Below, piece after piece: positions 22,604 through 37,501 of a DNA stretch of 64,000 nt (its first letter is position 1; each line of letters opens with the position of its first letter). Below the pieces are notes generated by a model. The model did not search any database, was not told the origin of the DNA, and saw nothing but the letters and a program-made list of their open reading frames with translations. The stretch lies in the NCBI GenBank assembly GCA_024137785.1, contig JAHRHZ010000133.1:25037874-25101873 (forward strand), written 5' to 3'. The translations under genes and the position numbers were made by a program. The stretch is from Ginglymostoma cirratum. Taxonomy: Eukaryota.

Positions 22604-23485
22604 CAAATCCCTTCGAACAGACTGTAAGTTAACATTTTACACACATTTGCGTTGTAAATAATTCTCAAAAGAAGCCCAGGTATTTTTATTCAAGTCCCCA
22701 TTTTTGTCTGCATTTTGTCAAATACCGTAGGATTGTTTGTTTATTCAGTTTCAGCAATGTGCAATTTGAGGCGGTTTAGATAGGAAACCACGAGTTAAAT
22801 TAATGTAGACTGTGTATTTAAAATGACTACATTCCAACTGAGTTTAAATTAGGCAGGTCTGATCCAACTGTTCCACCAGATTTTCACATTTGCAGTATTA
22901 GAAATTACCTTACTTGGTGGCTGCTGATCTCAATATTGGCGGAAACATTTTATACTCGAAATAATCAAAATTGAACGCTTGATTTGTACTGTATATGGTA
23001 ACCTTACTTAAAACATGCCTAACGTTCGGTCATTTTTTTCCCATTTGGTTACAAAATGGTTCATGTTTACGTTGAGACCAAAGACGGGGCTAGAAATGCA
23101 CTCCTTGTTTAAAAGAACAAGTACTTTGAAAATAATTCCTCTTTTCCAGTTTACAACACTGCCTGCAAAAGAATCAGAAGGGGACAAAATTGATGATTGC
23201 CTTTAGTTTGTGTTGTGCATAATTCGATGTATGTGGTCACTAACAGGTCCCTTTTCATTTCTTTCTGTAACTGTAGTGAAATGTGTAAACCTATTGTACT
23301 TAAAGGATAAATCTTGCGGACGTGTAACTTGTGTTGCTTAAATGCCTCATAAATTCCTTGAGTGATTGTTAATGTCGTCTCTAAATTTCATGATTGTGAT
23401 ATTGTGATCATATGCCCGTGTTGTCACTTAAAATGTTTACTATACAGAAGGCACCGAAATAAAAAAAATAGGTTACATTCAGAAA
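22604..23485 (+). promoter_or_regulatory. FOXG1 3'UTR with miRNA seed matches
   Basis: miR-9 8mer ACCAAAGA 23077-23084; miR-200b/c/429 8mer CAGTATTA 22893-22900; miR-30 TGTTTAC 23064-23070 and 23434-23440; miR-34 ACACTGCC 23156-23163; miR-33 AATGCAC 23095-23101. Confidence 0.8.
23458..23463 (+). terminator. Polyadenylation signal AATAAA
   Basis: Canonical hexamer ~855 nt after the stop codon, followed by a U/GU-rich stretch near 23495-23510. Confidence 0.75.
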
Positions 23486-26400
23486 TTTTGACATCTTGTC
23501 CTTTTCTTTATCACCGCTAAATGCAATAGTGACCTGCAGTAATACTTTTTTTTAAATGGTGGCTTTCTCGCCGCATACATTCCTGTACCCCTTCAAAGAG
23601 ACCAAAGTATTCCAAATTAGGCAGAAATGAAACCACCCCCTCCCCCTTATCTAGGCCTAATTTAGCCTCTTTTACTCACCCACGTTTAACCTGAACCGTT
23701 GGTATAATGTTAGTTAGGTTCCAATTTAACTAATATGCTCCCTTTTTTTAACTGCTCTTAATGAGTTTTATACTGGCGCAGCGTGTTCTTAGAACCGTTC
23801 AATCCACGGTTTATTACAAATGATACACAACAACAGAAAAGAGAAAAACGGAACAGGTTTGAATGCATTCCTAAATCTACTTCCTATCAAAATTTAATTC
23901 ACCTAACGCGCTAGTCTTCAAACTATTCGCTCTTCATTTGTCGTTCAATTATGAAGGACTCAGGACGCTCTGAGGTAAATATTTTAAACGTTAATTGCTG
24001 CAGTGCTATGTTGTTGATCGAAATGTGGTTTCCCTAAAAGTGGAGCCCTGCCTTTTCACAGCCACCTCGAACAGTTCGTGCATTTTTGAAACAATACAGT
24101 CTTCAAAAGACATTGAGAATCCAATGCCTCCTGCGATGTCAGGTGTAAAATATAAACATTATATTTTTAAATAGGGAGTAACTCACCAAGAACTTAGTTG
24201 AAAGTCATAAATTCATATTTGGTTTGTCGAATTGTTCTATTGACATTGTGGTATTATTTACAAATTCATATTGAAGTGTATGACCACTGAGAGCAAGGAA
24301 ATGTTAGAGCTGAAAGCTGCCAAGTGCTTCGTGTACGCTGGGGATTTTGTCGATTCCGAAACAACATGATTATTAAATCCATTCTTTCGTAGAAATGACA
24401 GCTTGTGCCAAGGAATGTTATGTACATTTATAACCCCATTTCAGATTTGATTGATTCGTACAGCGACTCGGAGACAATTACTTTGGTTGTATCATTTATG
24501 ACTAAAAGCACCAAAGCTCTCTTTGAAAATATAGAATATTCGACAGGCTGAGATACCACATTTGTGAGAAAACCTTTGCTAACACATTCCTGACAAATTC
24601 GATCCGCTGTAGGTCTGTGCAGGGTGCTATCCTTATTTGTTCTTCTTGTATTACATTAACTATGCCCACGAGTAACGCAAGAAGGCTAGTGCCTCTCACA
24701 ATAGGCCCGAAGGAAAATGAATCTCGGCTCTAGATGTTATCGCTGTAATGTTAAACGGGGTTATGTGAAAGAAGGAAGTGTGGCTCCTGAATTAAATACA
24801 GGCAAATTGATATGAAAAAAAAGGAAAGAAGAATTTGCGAGGCGTTACTGAGGGGATCTATAATAAGAGGTTTTTCTTTGACCTAAAGAAACGTGAAGCT
24901 TCATTTACATAGAGACAAGACGCAGTGACGTTAGCTGTTGTCCGGGCCGCTGACTGCTCCATGCGTACTCCGGAGAAAATCTATCCCGTTTCTCTGCTCC
25001 AAACTGGCGCTCCGGAACTAGAAAATAAAATCAATCTATCTGTTGATAAAATTCTGTACAGAGTTTATTAGAAAGACAATAAACTGAATCACATCTTTAA
25101 AAAGTTCTAGTTCTTTTCTTTTCACTGCAGCACAGGTCAAAGGCACGCCTGCTTTTCAGATCTGTGGCTCCCTTACAAGTTGAATCTCAAAGTAATTTCA
25201 AAAACAAACCTTACACAATTAGGATAAGTTTAAAGACTTTTTTTTCGTAAAGTGTCATTTTACAAAAGGAGAGAGAAACATTCCGCTGTTTAACCCCTGA
25301 AGTTTCACTGATCTGGAACGTGTCGTTGATTGCAGCAACTTGCATTTGGTAAGTCCACAATCTCTTTTTCTTTTCAATAATTCGTTGTTGACTTGCTAAG
25401 ATTGTTTGAATTGTATGTGTGTGTATGTTGTCCTGCAGAGTCTTTATTGCATTGTTTTTTTTCTTGCAATTTAATTTAATCAAACTCTGGGCCTAAGGCG
25501 CCTGTTTGTCAAACGTCTTAATAATCAACATAAACCGACAATCGTGATTTTAAGGATGTTATCATTGAAACAGTTTATGCGAAATGCACATTAAAAATTG
25601 CACAGTTGCGATAAATTTCCACAGGGTAGTCATGCTGAGGTTGTCAGGAGGCGCATCAGAATATTTTAACGATTACTGACAAACGAGTCGAAATCTTCGT
25701 GTTTGTACCAAAGTAGTACAGATTTGACCTGCTACCAACAGAAGATCGATGCAAACAAAAAGAAATCGTGCATATAATGTCATAATTCCATGACTATTGT
25801 CGATTTGTCTTGTATGTGGACCGACTGGGAGGGGGAACTGGATCGCGACAGTATGTCTGTTCACGACAATGCTTAGCTGTGACTGATTGGAAAGCCGACT
25901 TGAAAACACATCAAATCTCCAATTACCTTCACACTAAAGCAGACCAAATCCACTAGCTGCGAAGTTTAGGAAATACAGCCGTGTTGAAAGCGAACTAGAG
26001 AGTTTACCTGATAGACTATGACGCCCGGATAGTCATAGGTTTGACGTTCAAATCTTCCCTAATGATCCAAAGAACATCTCTTAACTAATGGTTTCAAAGT
26101 CCAATAAGCTGTCTATGTTGAAACAGTTCAACATTTCCAAAGTAATAGTTTATTTTACAAGTTGTTAAGTGCATAGCAAATATGTTGAAATGACCTGGTT
26201 GTGCTGAGAGAGAAAAAGAGTACCAAAATGCGATGTTGCACATTATTATGCCAAGCGGAGGTACATCAAGCCTAAAGCTGAGATCCTCACAAATGTAGAT
26301 ATTAATTTAGTATTACATGGATTTGTATGAAAAAAGACCTTCACCTCGAATCCGTAACGTAAGGTCTCAGTGTGACGGCTTTGGTTCAAATGTGGAGGAT

Positions 26401-29400
26401 AGCGCACTCCTGTCAACATTTTGGGTAATGTGGCAATACTTTGCGTCAGCTGTGTGACGTTCTACAATGTGAGGTGAATCTTGGGGCAATACGTCAAGGT
26501 ACATTCAAGATCAGTCGGATCATTTCCAATAATTCGTATTCGGAATCCGATTAATGTCAAAATACAAGATCCACAGTCATGATCTCTCTTTCCACCTTTG
26601 CATTTTGTTTGTAAACGGTGAAGATTATTTCCCGTGCAAGTAATGCTCCGGTTGGTTTCTGCCTCAGTGTATTTCCTACCTCCAAAATGCTGCAAGGAAA
26701 GAGATCCACAATGTAGAGTCCTTGATGATATTTCTTTTTGAAATGAGTGATTATATTTTTTAGTCCATAACGTTGAAATTGTTTCTGGTAACTAGGGATC
26801 GACCCGTTTGGGTCAAACGTGGTATTTGCCGGGTTAGATAGAGGTGAAGGTGAAGTTCATTATGGGTTTGAGGGATGTGTGAGTGGTGCCCAGAGGGCGG
26901 AGTTCTTGCGCACTGTAAACTTTCCAGATCAAAACTCACTTTCATTGTGTGGAAACTGAGGGCAGCGACATTGAACGGGAGCAAGGGTTGAGCCTCAACC
27001 CTCACTAAATAGGGGACTGTGGAAAAAAAACCCACGAGAATAACGAAAATAAAACAAAAAGCTATTAAACATAAGTAACGATTATGTTCTAGTCCGAGTT
27101 AACTGTAAGCAAATAACTTTTGATTAAAATCAACGCCCTCACTTTGCGCAACAATTTGTTTCCCTCTACCCAAGCTGTTAGATTGAATCTTTTGATTATT
27201 TACATTTGAAAATTTTAAACAAATTTAACTGTGGCTACTCCGGCTGCAAAGACACTTTGCTACAATATTTAAATAATATGATGTATGATAATTAGAAGCA
27301 AAGAAATGTAATTATCATGCGCATATCTAAATATTCATACATTTTCAAATATTTTTGCGCTGCTGTTGAGCAGCCTTCAATTAGTTTTATTTTATTTATT
27401 TCTTGATAATAACCTGCAAATTGTTCCATAATATTCAATTGATATGTACGTGTTCTATGAAAAATTTAAGCCACATATTTGACCGTCAGTTACTGAATAC
27501 ATGAAATACAAATAACAGCGAAAATAAAATTGCTAACAAAATAGGTACAACTGCATAATTACCAGAATTGATATTTGGACTAATTTCGTTTATCTTCAAA
27601 TGGATAGAATTAGGGAACAAAATGCCGACACTATGGAATTTTGAAATGTTATATGTGTGCGCAAATCCATTGTTCTTTTTTCAGTCTTTTACTTACGTCT
27701 CACGGACATACTAGCACCATTGTCTTTACATTACCTCAAGCGATATTTCTTTCCACGACTAAAATTTTTAAAGTTCCATACTTTTCACTTCCAATATGAA
27801 TTTTAAATTCTTTGAAAGCAAGTAATGGTGCTTCTGTGTAATTTGTACTGCTAAGCAGTAGTTAGTGTAAGATGTGAGGGTAATATGTATCCTTTGGAGT
27901 TACTTTCAAATATTAGATTAGTGCAATTAAAAAAAAGTGTTCTCTGTGCTAATTGCAATTAAAATGCTGGTGTTGCAGCCTCTATCTTGTCGGGTGTTAC
28001 TTGCCTGTCTGTAAATCTGTAACATGTTTGGCGAAGTAGAAGATAATTCACCAGGGCACAAGCTTGGGTGTTTATGCCGGGGTTATAACCTTCGTGTTTC
28101 TTTTTAACATTTTCAATGTCAAAGGATAAACATATATTTTAGACCTATATTCAACGACTTCTGCATTAATTACATACAGCTTTAGTAATGTCGTAGGTCA
28201 AATCATAAACTGTATATTTCCCTTTCCAACAATAGTTTATAAGCGGCGTGCAAAATATTGGATACATTTCCTATTTCGCAAAACAGCACAAGGATTTGAA
28301 TATTTGTTAATGCTTACATACTGTGTATATAAGATGCTTTCCTAATTATCATTAATTCCTCTATACAGTATACAATATATTCATTTTTGTCCGAGATACA
28401 ATACGAAATATTCCCCCTACGAATCTCTAAATTACGATTGTATTTACTATTCACATATCGATTGACCAAAAGATGTAAGAACCAGTTTCCTCCATCGACA
28501 AATGATTATACCGGTGATCTAACGAAATAATTCAGGCAAATATAATAGCCAGAAAATCTACAGCTACTGGTCTACTATTAAGACCTTTTCAAAAAAAAAT
28601 ATCCATTTCCCAGAGCAAATGTGTTTGTAAACACATCGATTTACATACATAAGCTGAACAGTGAAAGGGTTGGAACAATTGTTGTTCACAGGCTGAGCAT
28701 CGCGTGAGTCGCAGACCTTGGTCCTGGACGTTAACGTTATCGAGTGTGACAGGTCACTTTGTTTGCGGCGCTTTACTGTTGTGAACTCAATCTAGTCAGT
28801 ATTGTATTCAGTTTCAACACACTGTGTCTATCATAGATCTAAGCACATTTCTTGATAACTCATCTTACATTCCGAGGCATTGTGACGAAAAGCTAAAACT
28901 GTTTTCTTTTTGGTATCGGCAGACTTTTCTGCACAGCCTGAAGTTTGACAAGTCTTCAAGTTGCACATTTAACATAGGTCATCATAGATATTGCTTGTAA
29001 TAGAATGTAAGCTGGAAATTATGGGTATATTGCCAGAAGACAGATAAGTTTAGTTTCATTTCCTCTTTGATTTTCTTTTGACAACCGATAGCTAACCTTT
29101 CGGGAAAAGAGAGCTTGGTCAGAACAGCGAATAGTAGCGTGGGGGCGCTGTTGGTAAAGCAATGAGTCTAACAAACGATCTCTTTCGCTGTCGATCTAAT
29201 CTCTTTCTTTCTTCCTCCCCTCTCTCTCGCTTTCCTTCACAGCTTGTCTCTGTGTTTCAAAAACACAATGCACGTATTCGATTGTCTTTTGAACATTACG
29301 CTTTTCTAGCACTATCGACACCAAGCGGCTTCTCTTCTCACGGTGTAAACCCCAAGTCCCGGAGCTCAACTTGGCTCCAGAGAAAGGAGTGGACTCAATT

Positions 29401-32400
29401 CCACTTGGCTCTGAGCAGAATCGGCTCCCTGATTTACACCAGAAAACTTTAGCGCCTGGAAATCGCTTGGCACTGACCCTGCCATAATAAGAAGGCGGAT
29501 GCGTCGTCGATCAGAAAGGTGTACGCAATTTATCAGACAATGTCGACTTAAAAGGAAATCGGTGTTTAAGTCACATGCTTCACTTTTCCAATCAGCAAAA
29601 CTTATTCTCGTGGTCATGCTCAAGCACAGTTGTGTGAATAAAATATATTGTTTAATTGATTTATTGAATAATTGGTAAAATGCAAAAAAAAGTAAGGAAT
29701 AAAAATTTCGCTATTTTGTGAGTAATTAACTTGACTTTTAGAAACGGTAACCAAGGTTAGTTTTGAAAGTGTATGTGTCCGTGAATCAGTTCAAGCTAAA
29801 TGTAGTATTGGTTTGTTACGATGTACGGTGGATTCAGTATTATTTGGGAAAGTAAATGTGTTTTGAGTATGATTGAAATAATATTTATCAGCAAAACTTT
29901 AACAGTATTATCGTTGCATTTTAATGCAATTTAATATTTTGACACCTGGAATATCTGATAGACATTCCAGTCGTTCAGGCTGCGTTTTCTTTTTAACATG
30001 CTGCAAGATTGTTTTAACCATGTTGGGACTGCGCTGCTATTTATTGTTCGGATTCGTGCAGATGAAGTCCGCTGAAGAGCACATTTGATACTATTAACTG
30101 GGAGTTTAAACGTTCAATGAATATAATAAAACGATTGAGCGATTTTTGTATGTTTGGTCACAGGGAGTTATAATTTAGCTCTACCTCTTACGTCTAACTG
30201 CTCTTAAATATTCCATTTTAGTTTCGCTAAAATGGGCGCCTATGTGTGCATCGACTAAACAAATTATTGGTGCATGTTTTACAAGTATGCCTAGCAGCAG
30301 CAATCAACTGCTCTCACTCCAGGGATTTGATTTGAGAAATAATGAAGGTGGGATTTGCCAAACCTCGGTGCACCAACAGATTTTAAATCAGAAAATGGCA
30401 TGGAATATATAGAATGAACAATCGCTTTGCAACGGGATATGTCTTTTTGATGAAATTTAAAGTTAGTCGTCCATTTAAATTGGTCAGTATCGGGCTGGTC
30501 AATCTATATCCAGTTTCCTCGTCGACCCTTAAAACCAGAAATGCGCACATTTGTTCATCGCCCTGCCCGTCAAGGTCCTCGCCATTGAAACAAAGGGCGT
30601 AGTTGATTTTACAACACATCAGTAAGATTCTGTGATAGATATGTTCCAGATAGAAGATAGGAATAGAGAATCATGTGTCATTTGGAAATTTGTTTTAGAA
30701 ATGTTAAGGGATATGTATATCTTGTATTTGATATTAGTTGAACAAATAAACAGAAAAATCATGCACAGTGGTTCCATGTCATTGAATACAGGTGCATTGT
30801 TTGCCATACTTCGATATTTCATAGAGTGAAATGAAGGATTATTTGTTTGTATCGCACGAGTAACTATAGCTATCGTTTTACAGTATTTGGCTTTGTCGAG
30901 TAATCGAGAGACACTGAAGGTTACCCGATGTAAATCACGCGCGCCTGTATTTCTGGACAGTGAAAATGTTCGAAGTAACAAAAATGTGTTATTCTACCGT
31001 ATTGAACATCCAAAAAGAACAAGACAAATATTTGCAAAGCTTTTCGCCACATAAAGTAGTCAATTCGCACGAATGTTCTTGTTCAAATATCCAATCCCCT
31101 AACGAAATGAAATGACAGCTATTGAAGTTCAGCAGAGTTCACACCTGAACATTTAATATAAAACGCTGGTAATTGCTTTAACAATTACACTACACCTTGT
31201 CTTTGTGCATTAACAGTTTCTGCGTCCTGTCATTTTTACAATAATTATCTACTATGATTCATTTCAATTCGCCTTCTTGCTAAAATTAATTTCATGAATG
31301 TGAGCGCTTTTTTTTCTCAGAAACATTCCATTTTCAAATTCCTTTAAAGCAGATTCGAAGCTATAGCGGTGTAAACATGTTCTATTTTATTGGAAACTTT
31401 TTTAGGTAACAGGAAGTGGAATCAACGTCGAGAAGACATTTTTTCCCCCTTCTGGAAACAGACTTAACCTGAAATGGTTCAAACTGTAAAGGGAGGCTAA
31501 GGAAATATTGAAGTCCAAGAGAAAACCCCATGATTTGAGTGATGCCAATATTAAAACATTATTGAAATAGCGTAAATAAGAAAGGACTCTTCTGATAAGT
31601 TCCGGAAATGAAAAATGTACTCCTATGTAATTACTTTGTGGAAATCATTTGGGACTCGGTGGGATTTTATTTGCGGAAGCAGTGTAAATAAGGTTCGATT
31701 CTGAATGGCGAACTAATGTGCGTAAAACCTGGGCCTGGTGCTCAAAGTTACAAGCAGCATCGTTGGGGAGAAAACACATCACAAAGCCTTCATAACCAAC
31801 GTGGTCTAAACTATACATTAGACGATAAAAATCGTAGTTTAAAATAGACTCATTTTAAGATTATTCACATTAACCAAATGCCAAATTTAAATATCAAATT
31901 CGAGTATTGCTAACAAATTGATGGAGCTCAACAAGCCGACTTTCTCCAACAATTTCTGTTTTCGAGACAACAAATGACATGCTCAGTAAGAGACCGAGAC
32001 TGTAAAGACTGTAGAACGTGAAATAATAATTGCTGTTTTCTACCAACTTTATTCTAAATTACTCATTCACCTCGGTTAAAATAAACTACGACTGAAATCG
32101 AATTTGATGCTTAAAATACGTTTATAGTGCTAAAAAAAACCCCCCACTGTTGATAGCATTGCGTAAACATGTCAACCACACATTTAGAATGAGTCATTTA
32201 TCGGGAATTGGTCACAAATTATACGAGGTTTAATTTGTATTGATTTGCGTGTTTATCTATTTGTGAAAATTTTACGTAATTGCCTCCATAGTCATTGGCT
32301 TGTGTTGATATTACCGTATTGTTTTGAAACAAACTTCTTATAATCTGCGAAAAATTGGCACATGTTACAGTTTAGGTATTATATCTATGGTAGATTGTCA

Positions 32401-33084
32401 TCAGCCTTGGTAAGGATGACTGCGATAAACAAATGAACGAAAGTGTTCAAAGCCAAATGCACGATTTTGAAGCGGAAAATCACAATCAAAAGAATTTTAT
32501 GAGAACTTTAACCTACTTTATAAGAAGTGTTACTTGAAACATACTTGCCCGAGCTATTTTCATAGCCGGAAGGGTAATGGAGTATTTCCACTAAGGTTTC
32601 TTGTGTGCGCATTGAAGATACAAGTTGGTGTTAACAGACGGTCCCACGTTTCTGTGTTGTCGCTATTATTTTTCAGCAATAGGAAACTGACATCACTTTA
32701 TTTAAATTTCGTAACTTGAAATATTAGTTTCAATTAATTCATTAGTTTTGAGGAATTTGGGAATTGCTAATCTAGGTACAGTTTTTTTTTCCCTTGAAAA
32801 CACTAAAACCACAGGGAGTTGCCCTGCAGAATATTGAACGGAGAAATTGTATGAGGGGTAGGTTTTAACCGTAATCTATTTAACAGCTGGCATAAACATG
32901 GAATTGATCAAAAACAGATTATTTCATTGAAAATTGATGACCTCTCGCAATTTACTGCCGTTTATGTGGTAATGATTATATTTTACGCTAAATTGCTTTA
33001 ATTTTTTTTATGCGCAGGATCAGACTTAAAGGAATGGTAAGAAACGTAAGCATTTTGCGTGTGGGCCTGTCTCTAGCCATATGA

Positions 33085-33335
33085 ATTTGTTCCTGTCTGT
33101 ATTTGGCCCACCGATATCTGCTGCTGTGTGGGGGTATCTGTCCTTGTGTGTGCGTATCTGCTCTGTGCATATTTGTTCCTGTGTATCTGCCTTTGTCTGT
33201 CTGCTCCTGTGTGTGTGTATTTGTGTGTGGTTGTGCTTTCGCGTATCCCCTATGTGCCAGCCCGTGTGAATCTGTCTCTGTGTACATACCTACTTGTGTG
33301 TATCTGTCCCTCTGTGTGTTGATCTCCCGTGTATC
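33085..33335. repeat. Degenerate (TG)-rich low-complexity repeat (TGTGTATCTG-like units)
   Basis: Recurrent tgtgtatctg/tgtgtg motifs. Confidence 0.8.
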
Positions 33336-36300
33336 ACTACAACCTGTGGAGTTGGAGCTGGTTTGGGAAGCGCTGTTTGAAAGTGCAGGTCTTTTCTTTC
33401 TTCTGACTCGCCGACCCAATAGGTTGAGCTAATGCTGAGGGCGTCGTGTGAATGAACTAGAAAACACTCGACAGATCGTGAATAATCGTTTTAATGAGTG
33501 TGTAAAGCATGCGACGGGGTGCAGAGAGCTGTCGGGTTAAACAAACAACTTGTACCCTGATGTAATCCGATTGTTAAAGTGCAAAGTGGTGTCATTCCAG
33601 TTTTCCGTTCTGTTGGTTAAAACCACAGCTCCAACACGCGGGAGTCCAATTGTCCCAATTAAAGAAAAATAACAATATTTTCTTAACTTGAGTGTGATCT
33701 TGTTTAATGTTAGTCTGTGGTTTAGCCAAGCATTAGTTCAGACAAAAAGGTGATTTGTGAGCGCACTACAGTCTTTAATCAAAGCCCAAGTTAACACGTA
33801 ATATGTTTGCCACCCGTAGACGACAATAAATTGTTATTTAGTTCAATTCATCTATGTAGTATATTTGCTTCAGCAACGCGATGAATGAGGGCGATATAAT
33901 GTACACTCCAGCATCGGCGAATCGCTTTGATTATAACATTTGGTATTTTGTAGGCAAACCAAGTGCATGGTATGTGTGTTTCATATGTATTCAAACTATA
34001 AAATCCCAGTTTTTAAATCGGGTTGACAAGCACTCACACACAAATATGTTAAAATGTCCTTAAAATGCCAAATAATCACGTGTTTCCTAAATGTTGGCCA
34101 CGTGTGAAACTTGCGCAAAATGAGGAGGATTTTATTCACATGTACTGCCCCAAGTGTACACTGTAAGTCTTTGGAATTTTGAAACAATGGGATCGAAATA
34201 AATACTTAGTTTCAATTAATTACGACGATGCATTACCCAAACATAAGTAACCGATTGCTGCATGAAAACAAATGCCATGGAACCGCTCACCGCCATGTCT
34301 TCATTGTGAACTGATTTGGAACCTACTGGGACATTTCAAAACTTCTAATTGCGCCTATTTCTAGGTTGCACAAATTTTATAACGCTCTGACATTGTCAGG
34401 AAATTGAATTGTGTTCGGTGAAATGGGTGGTCTTCCTCAACAAACTCATAATTTGCTGGCAGATTAGTGTTAAAATAGATTCCAGTTTTACGCAAAGCTA
34501 TTACTGATAAAAACAACCGGAATCTGAAGAAAATTTAGCTTATGGCTTTTATTAAAATATTGCTCATTTTTATTACTATTTTCAAACTTTGTAACAGTAG
34601 CTTTCCTAACGTTATCTGTATACATTTGTTTTATTCTTTTATGTTCATTAATTGCTATTAATTGTGTTTATTTTGACAGACATAATTCAAAAACAATACA
34701 AATATAATATTGCAGAGTAAACAATTCAACCAGACAGAGTTACAGTAATTATACAGTGGCGGAAAAATCAGACTAAGAAAATTGAAGATTTACACCGTGT
34801 AGACAATGAGTGTTATACAATTGGTTCGTTCCCATGTTTTCAAAGGAAGATCGGAGTAAACTAATATAATTATAAGGGTTGATATTCCAGAATTGTTTCA
34901 GTTCACATATCAGCATTACAGGGAATTGTTATATACCTGCAGGAGCCAAATCACCCTAATAATCCTTAAAATAAACCCCCAAATTGCTTTTTATTCTGGC
35001 TGTTTGTTTGCTCTGCTTTGCTGTGTAAGTAAAATGCACTAACATATGTTTACGTCAATACAGCTGTGCTTTAAGAAACGTTTGTCTTGCTGAAGTGAAA
35101 ACAGGTTACAGAAACAAAAATATTTACAACGTCAGAAGCAGGCGGTGACAATTCCAAACACGTCAACAGCAACCCGCGAGTTTCAGAGGCAAGGGAAATA
35201 TGGCAGTGTTCCTATCAAAGATCTAGTTGTCCAACTGTTGTGTAATTTTAAAATCGGTCTCGAACAGAAAGTTTAGAATTTGGTCTCCTGCCTGTTCGCA
35301 CCATTATGGCAAGTGAGTGTTTCGATAAGTGATTGCGACACAAATTCCCCTCTCGTATTACCATCACACCGCCTCAAAGTCCCATTTTCATGCAAATTGT
35401 CGTACGCAGATTAATAATAATAACATAATCACGTCAGTCTGTACAAAAAAAAGAGGATTCACTTATGTTCGGTGTGGGTGCTCAGAATTTGCAGGCAACC
35501 TCGCTCAAGACGGAAGGAGGCAGGCAAGCTCCGCGACCGGTTTGAAGATTTCACCCTTTTGCTTCCTCCGGTAGTAACAAGGAAACGCATCTGTGAATCT
35601 GGGTTTGAGATAGCATCTTCCTAAAATCATCGTCCCTCCCCAGAATGGTACAGAATTCTTCAACACAAAGTAACCAGTCCTCATGCTCACACACGCGCTC
35701 AGATGATAAGGGGGCTCTCGCTTGCAAAGTAACCCCACCGTGGAACCCGCTGTCCGACCAGGTGTCATAAAAACCAATTTTAGACAGCGAGAAATATTGA
35801 CCAAAGAAAAGGTGAATGTGATGAATGAAATTCTGGTCACAGAGCACGGAGACAGGCTATGGCATAAAGTGCTCTTTTGTATAATGAAAACATAGTTCGG
35901 CGCCGTTACAGGTTGTGGTGGGTAAATAGCACAGTCTCTGCCGGAGTAGGAATTGCTATTGTTAAACACGTTAAAGCTATTGTGTGTAAAGTAAAGGGGA
36001 AAGGGCAAAGGCTTTCTTGAGATTGGATTTCTTTAAGTATTCCGTCTCGAAACAGTTCACTAGTTTTCGGAAAGTACTGTATTAAAAGGAAACATTCAGG
36101 AAAACAGATGCCTGCGTGTTGCCTCCTTGGCCATTGCGCATCAGTTTCACCACAAGCAACGTTAAACATAGGAAACTTTTTTTTTAAACTTCTTGTTTCA
36201 AGTCTGTGCTGGTGATAGATGCGCTGGTACTTCCTATATTTTACAGCTAATCGCACTGTAATCAGACGAATATATGTCTGAATGTAATCCTCGAAAAATT

Positions 36301-37501
36301 ACACACTGACAAAACGAATTTTCTGAAATATTGTGCAACCTAGAATCTTCTGACCCTGCATCTTTAAAATAAATAAATATGTATACTTACATATATATCA
36401 AGGTTTATTTTGTTTTTCTTGTAGGCAGGTTCTAGACGTTTATTATTTGTCCTTTTTTGTAATTACACAGTTCAAAACTTTATGGCAGCCTATTTCAAAT
36501 TTTGTAAATGTAATTTAGTTATTGTGGAAGCCTGGTGACAGCTTTGTCTAACAGCTGAACTAACACATTTTCTGTCAACTTTACTTTATTTGGGATTCAA
36601 TAAAACAACAAATTCCTTGATAAAATATGCACTGTATCAGCTTGAAATTCGCTGAAATTAATCTTGCATTGTTTAGACGTTTCATCTGTTAGATTTTGAT
36701 TGTTTTTATCGTTTCAATTAAAATAAGTGAAATGTATCAATACAAATCAACGTGGCAGGTAATTCACCGAACATTGTGTGGAGATACAATATTTCGACAA
36801 TTATTTATATCGACAAAGTGTGATAGCAAGAGTAGAAGTTGCTACCCAAGATTTTTTTTTCCTTGTGACTTTGTAATTATTTAACTTCCTTCCAAGATAG
36901 CACAATTTCAATTAAAGACGGCTGGTATACGTAGTCAATTTTTGATGGTAATTTCCTCAGGCGCATACTACTAAAACAAAACGACGTTGCAAAGTTTTTT
37001 TTGGAGTATATTTCACGTAAGCTATTAATTTCAGCAAAGTCATATGGATGTTTCCCACTTTTTCTCGAGACTTTTAATAACAGAAGTTTACAGATATAAT
37101 GAAACTTTTTGATATGAATTATGTCACGGTATGCTTTTTGATCACATTTTAAATTTTGCGTTGCTCGCTAGCGACATAATCATTTCATCTCTACCTTGTT
37201 GTTAAGACTAAACAGTTGGGTTGAAGCTAAAATGAAAGCTTTACCGTTTTAGTATATCTTGATTACCATAAATAAACTTAGCAATCAACTTAATCTTTTC
37301 GTCCAAAAATATCAGAATTTTAATTGTGGAGCATTTTTCACTGAGCGCTCGGTTAGGGTTGTAATTTTACTTAGTAAAACGCAGTTTCAGTGTTTTATTT
37401 TGAAATAATTTGCACATCATAGCTCTAAATTAATTAACAAATATAAAACTGGTGTTGTTCTTGGCTTGATGTGAAGGACGTTTTCCAAAACTTCAACAGT
37501 T

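Noticed and set aside
29135-29152. CTCF site at GGGGGCGCTG
   Set aside because: Only the 3' half matches; the CCAC/CCAG half is absent.
32988-33432. Cys/Val-rich ORFs
   Set aside because: Products of the TG-rich low-complexity repeat.
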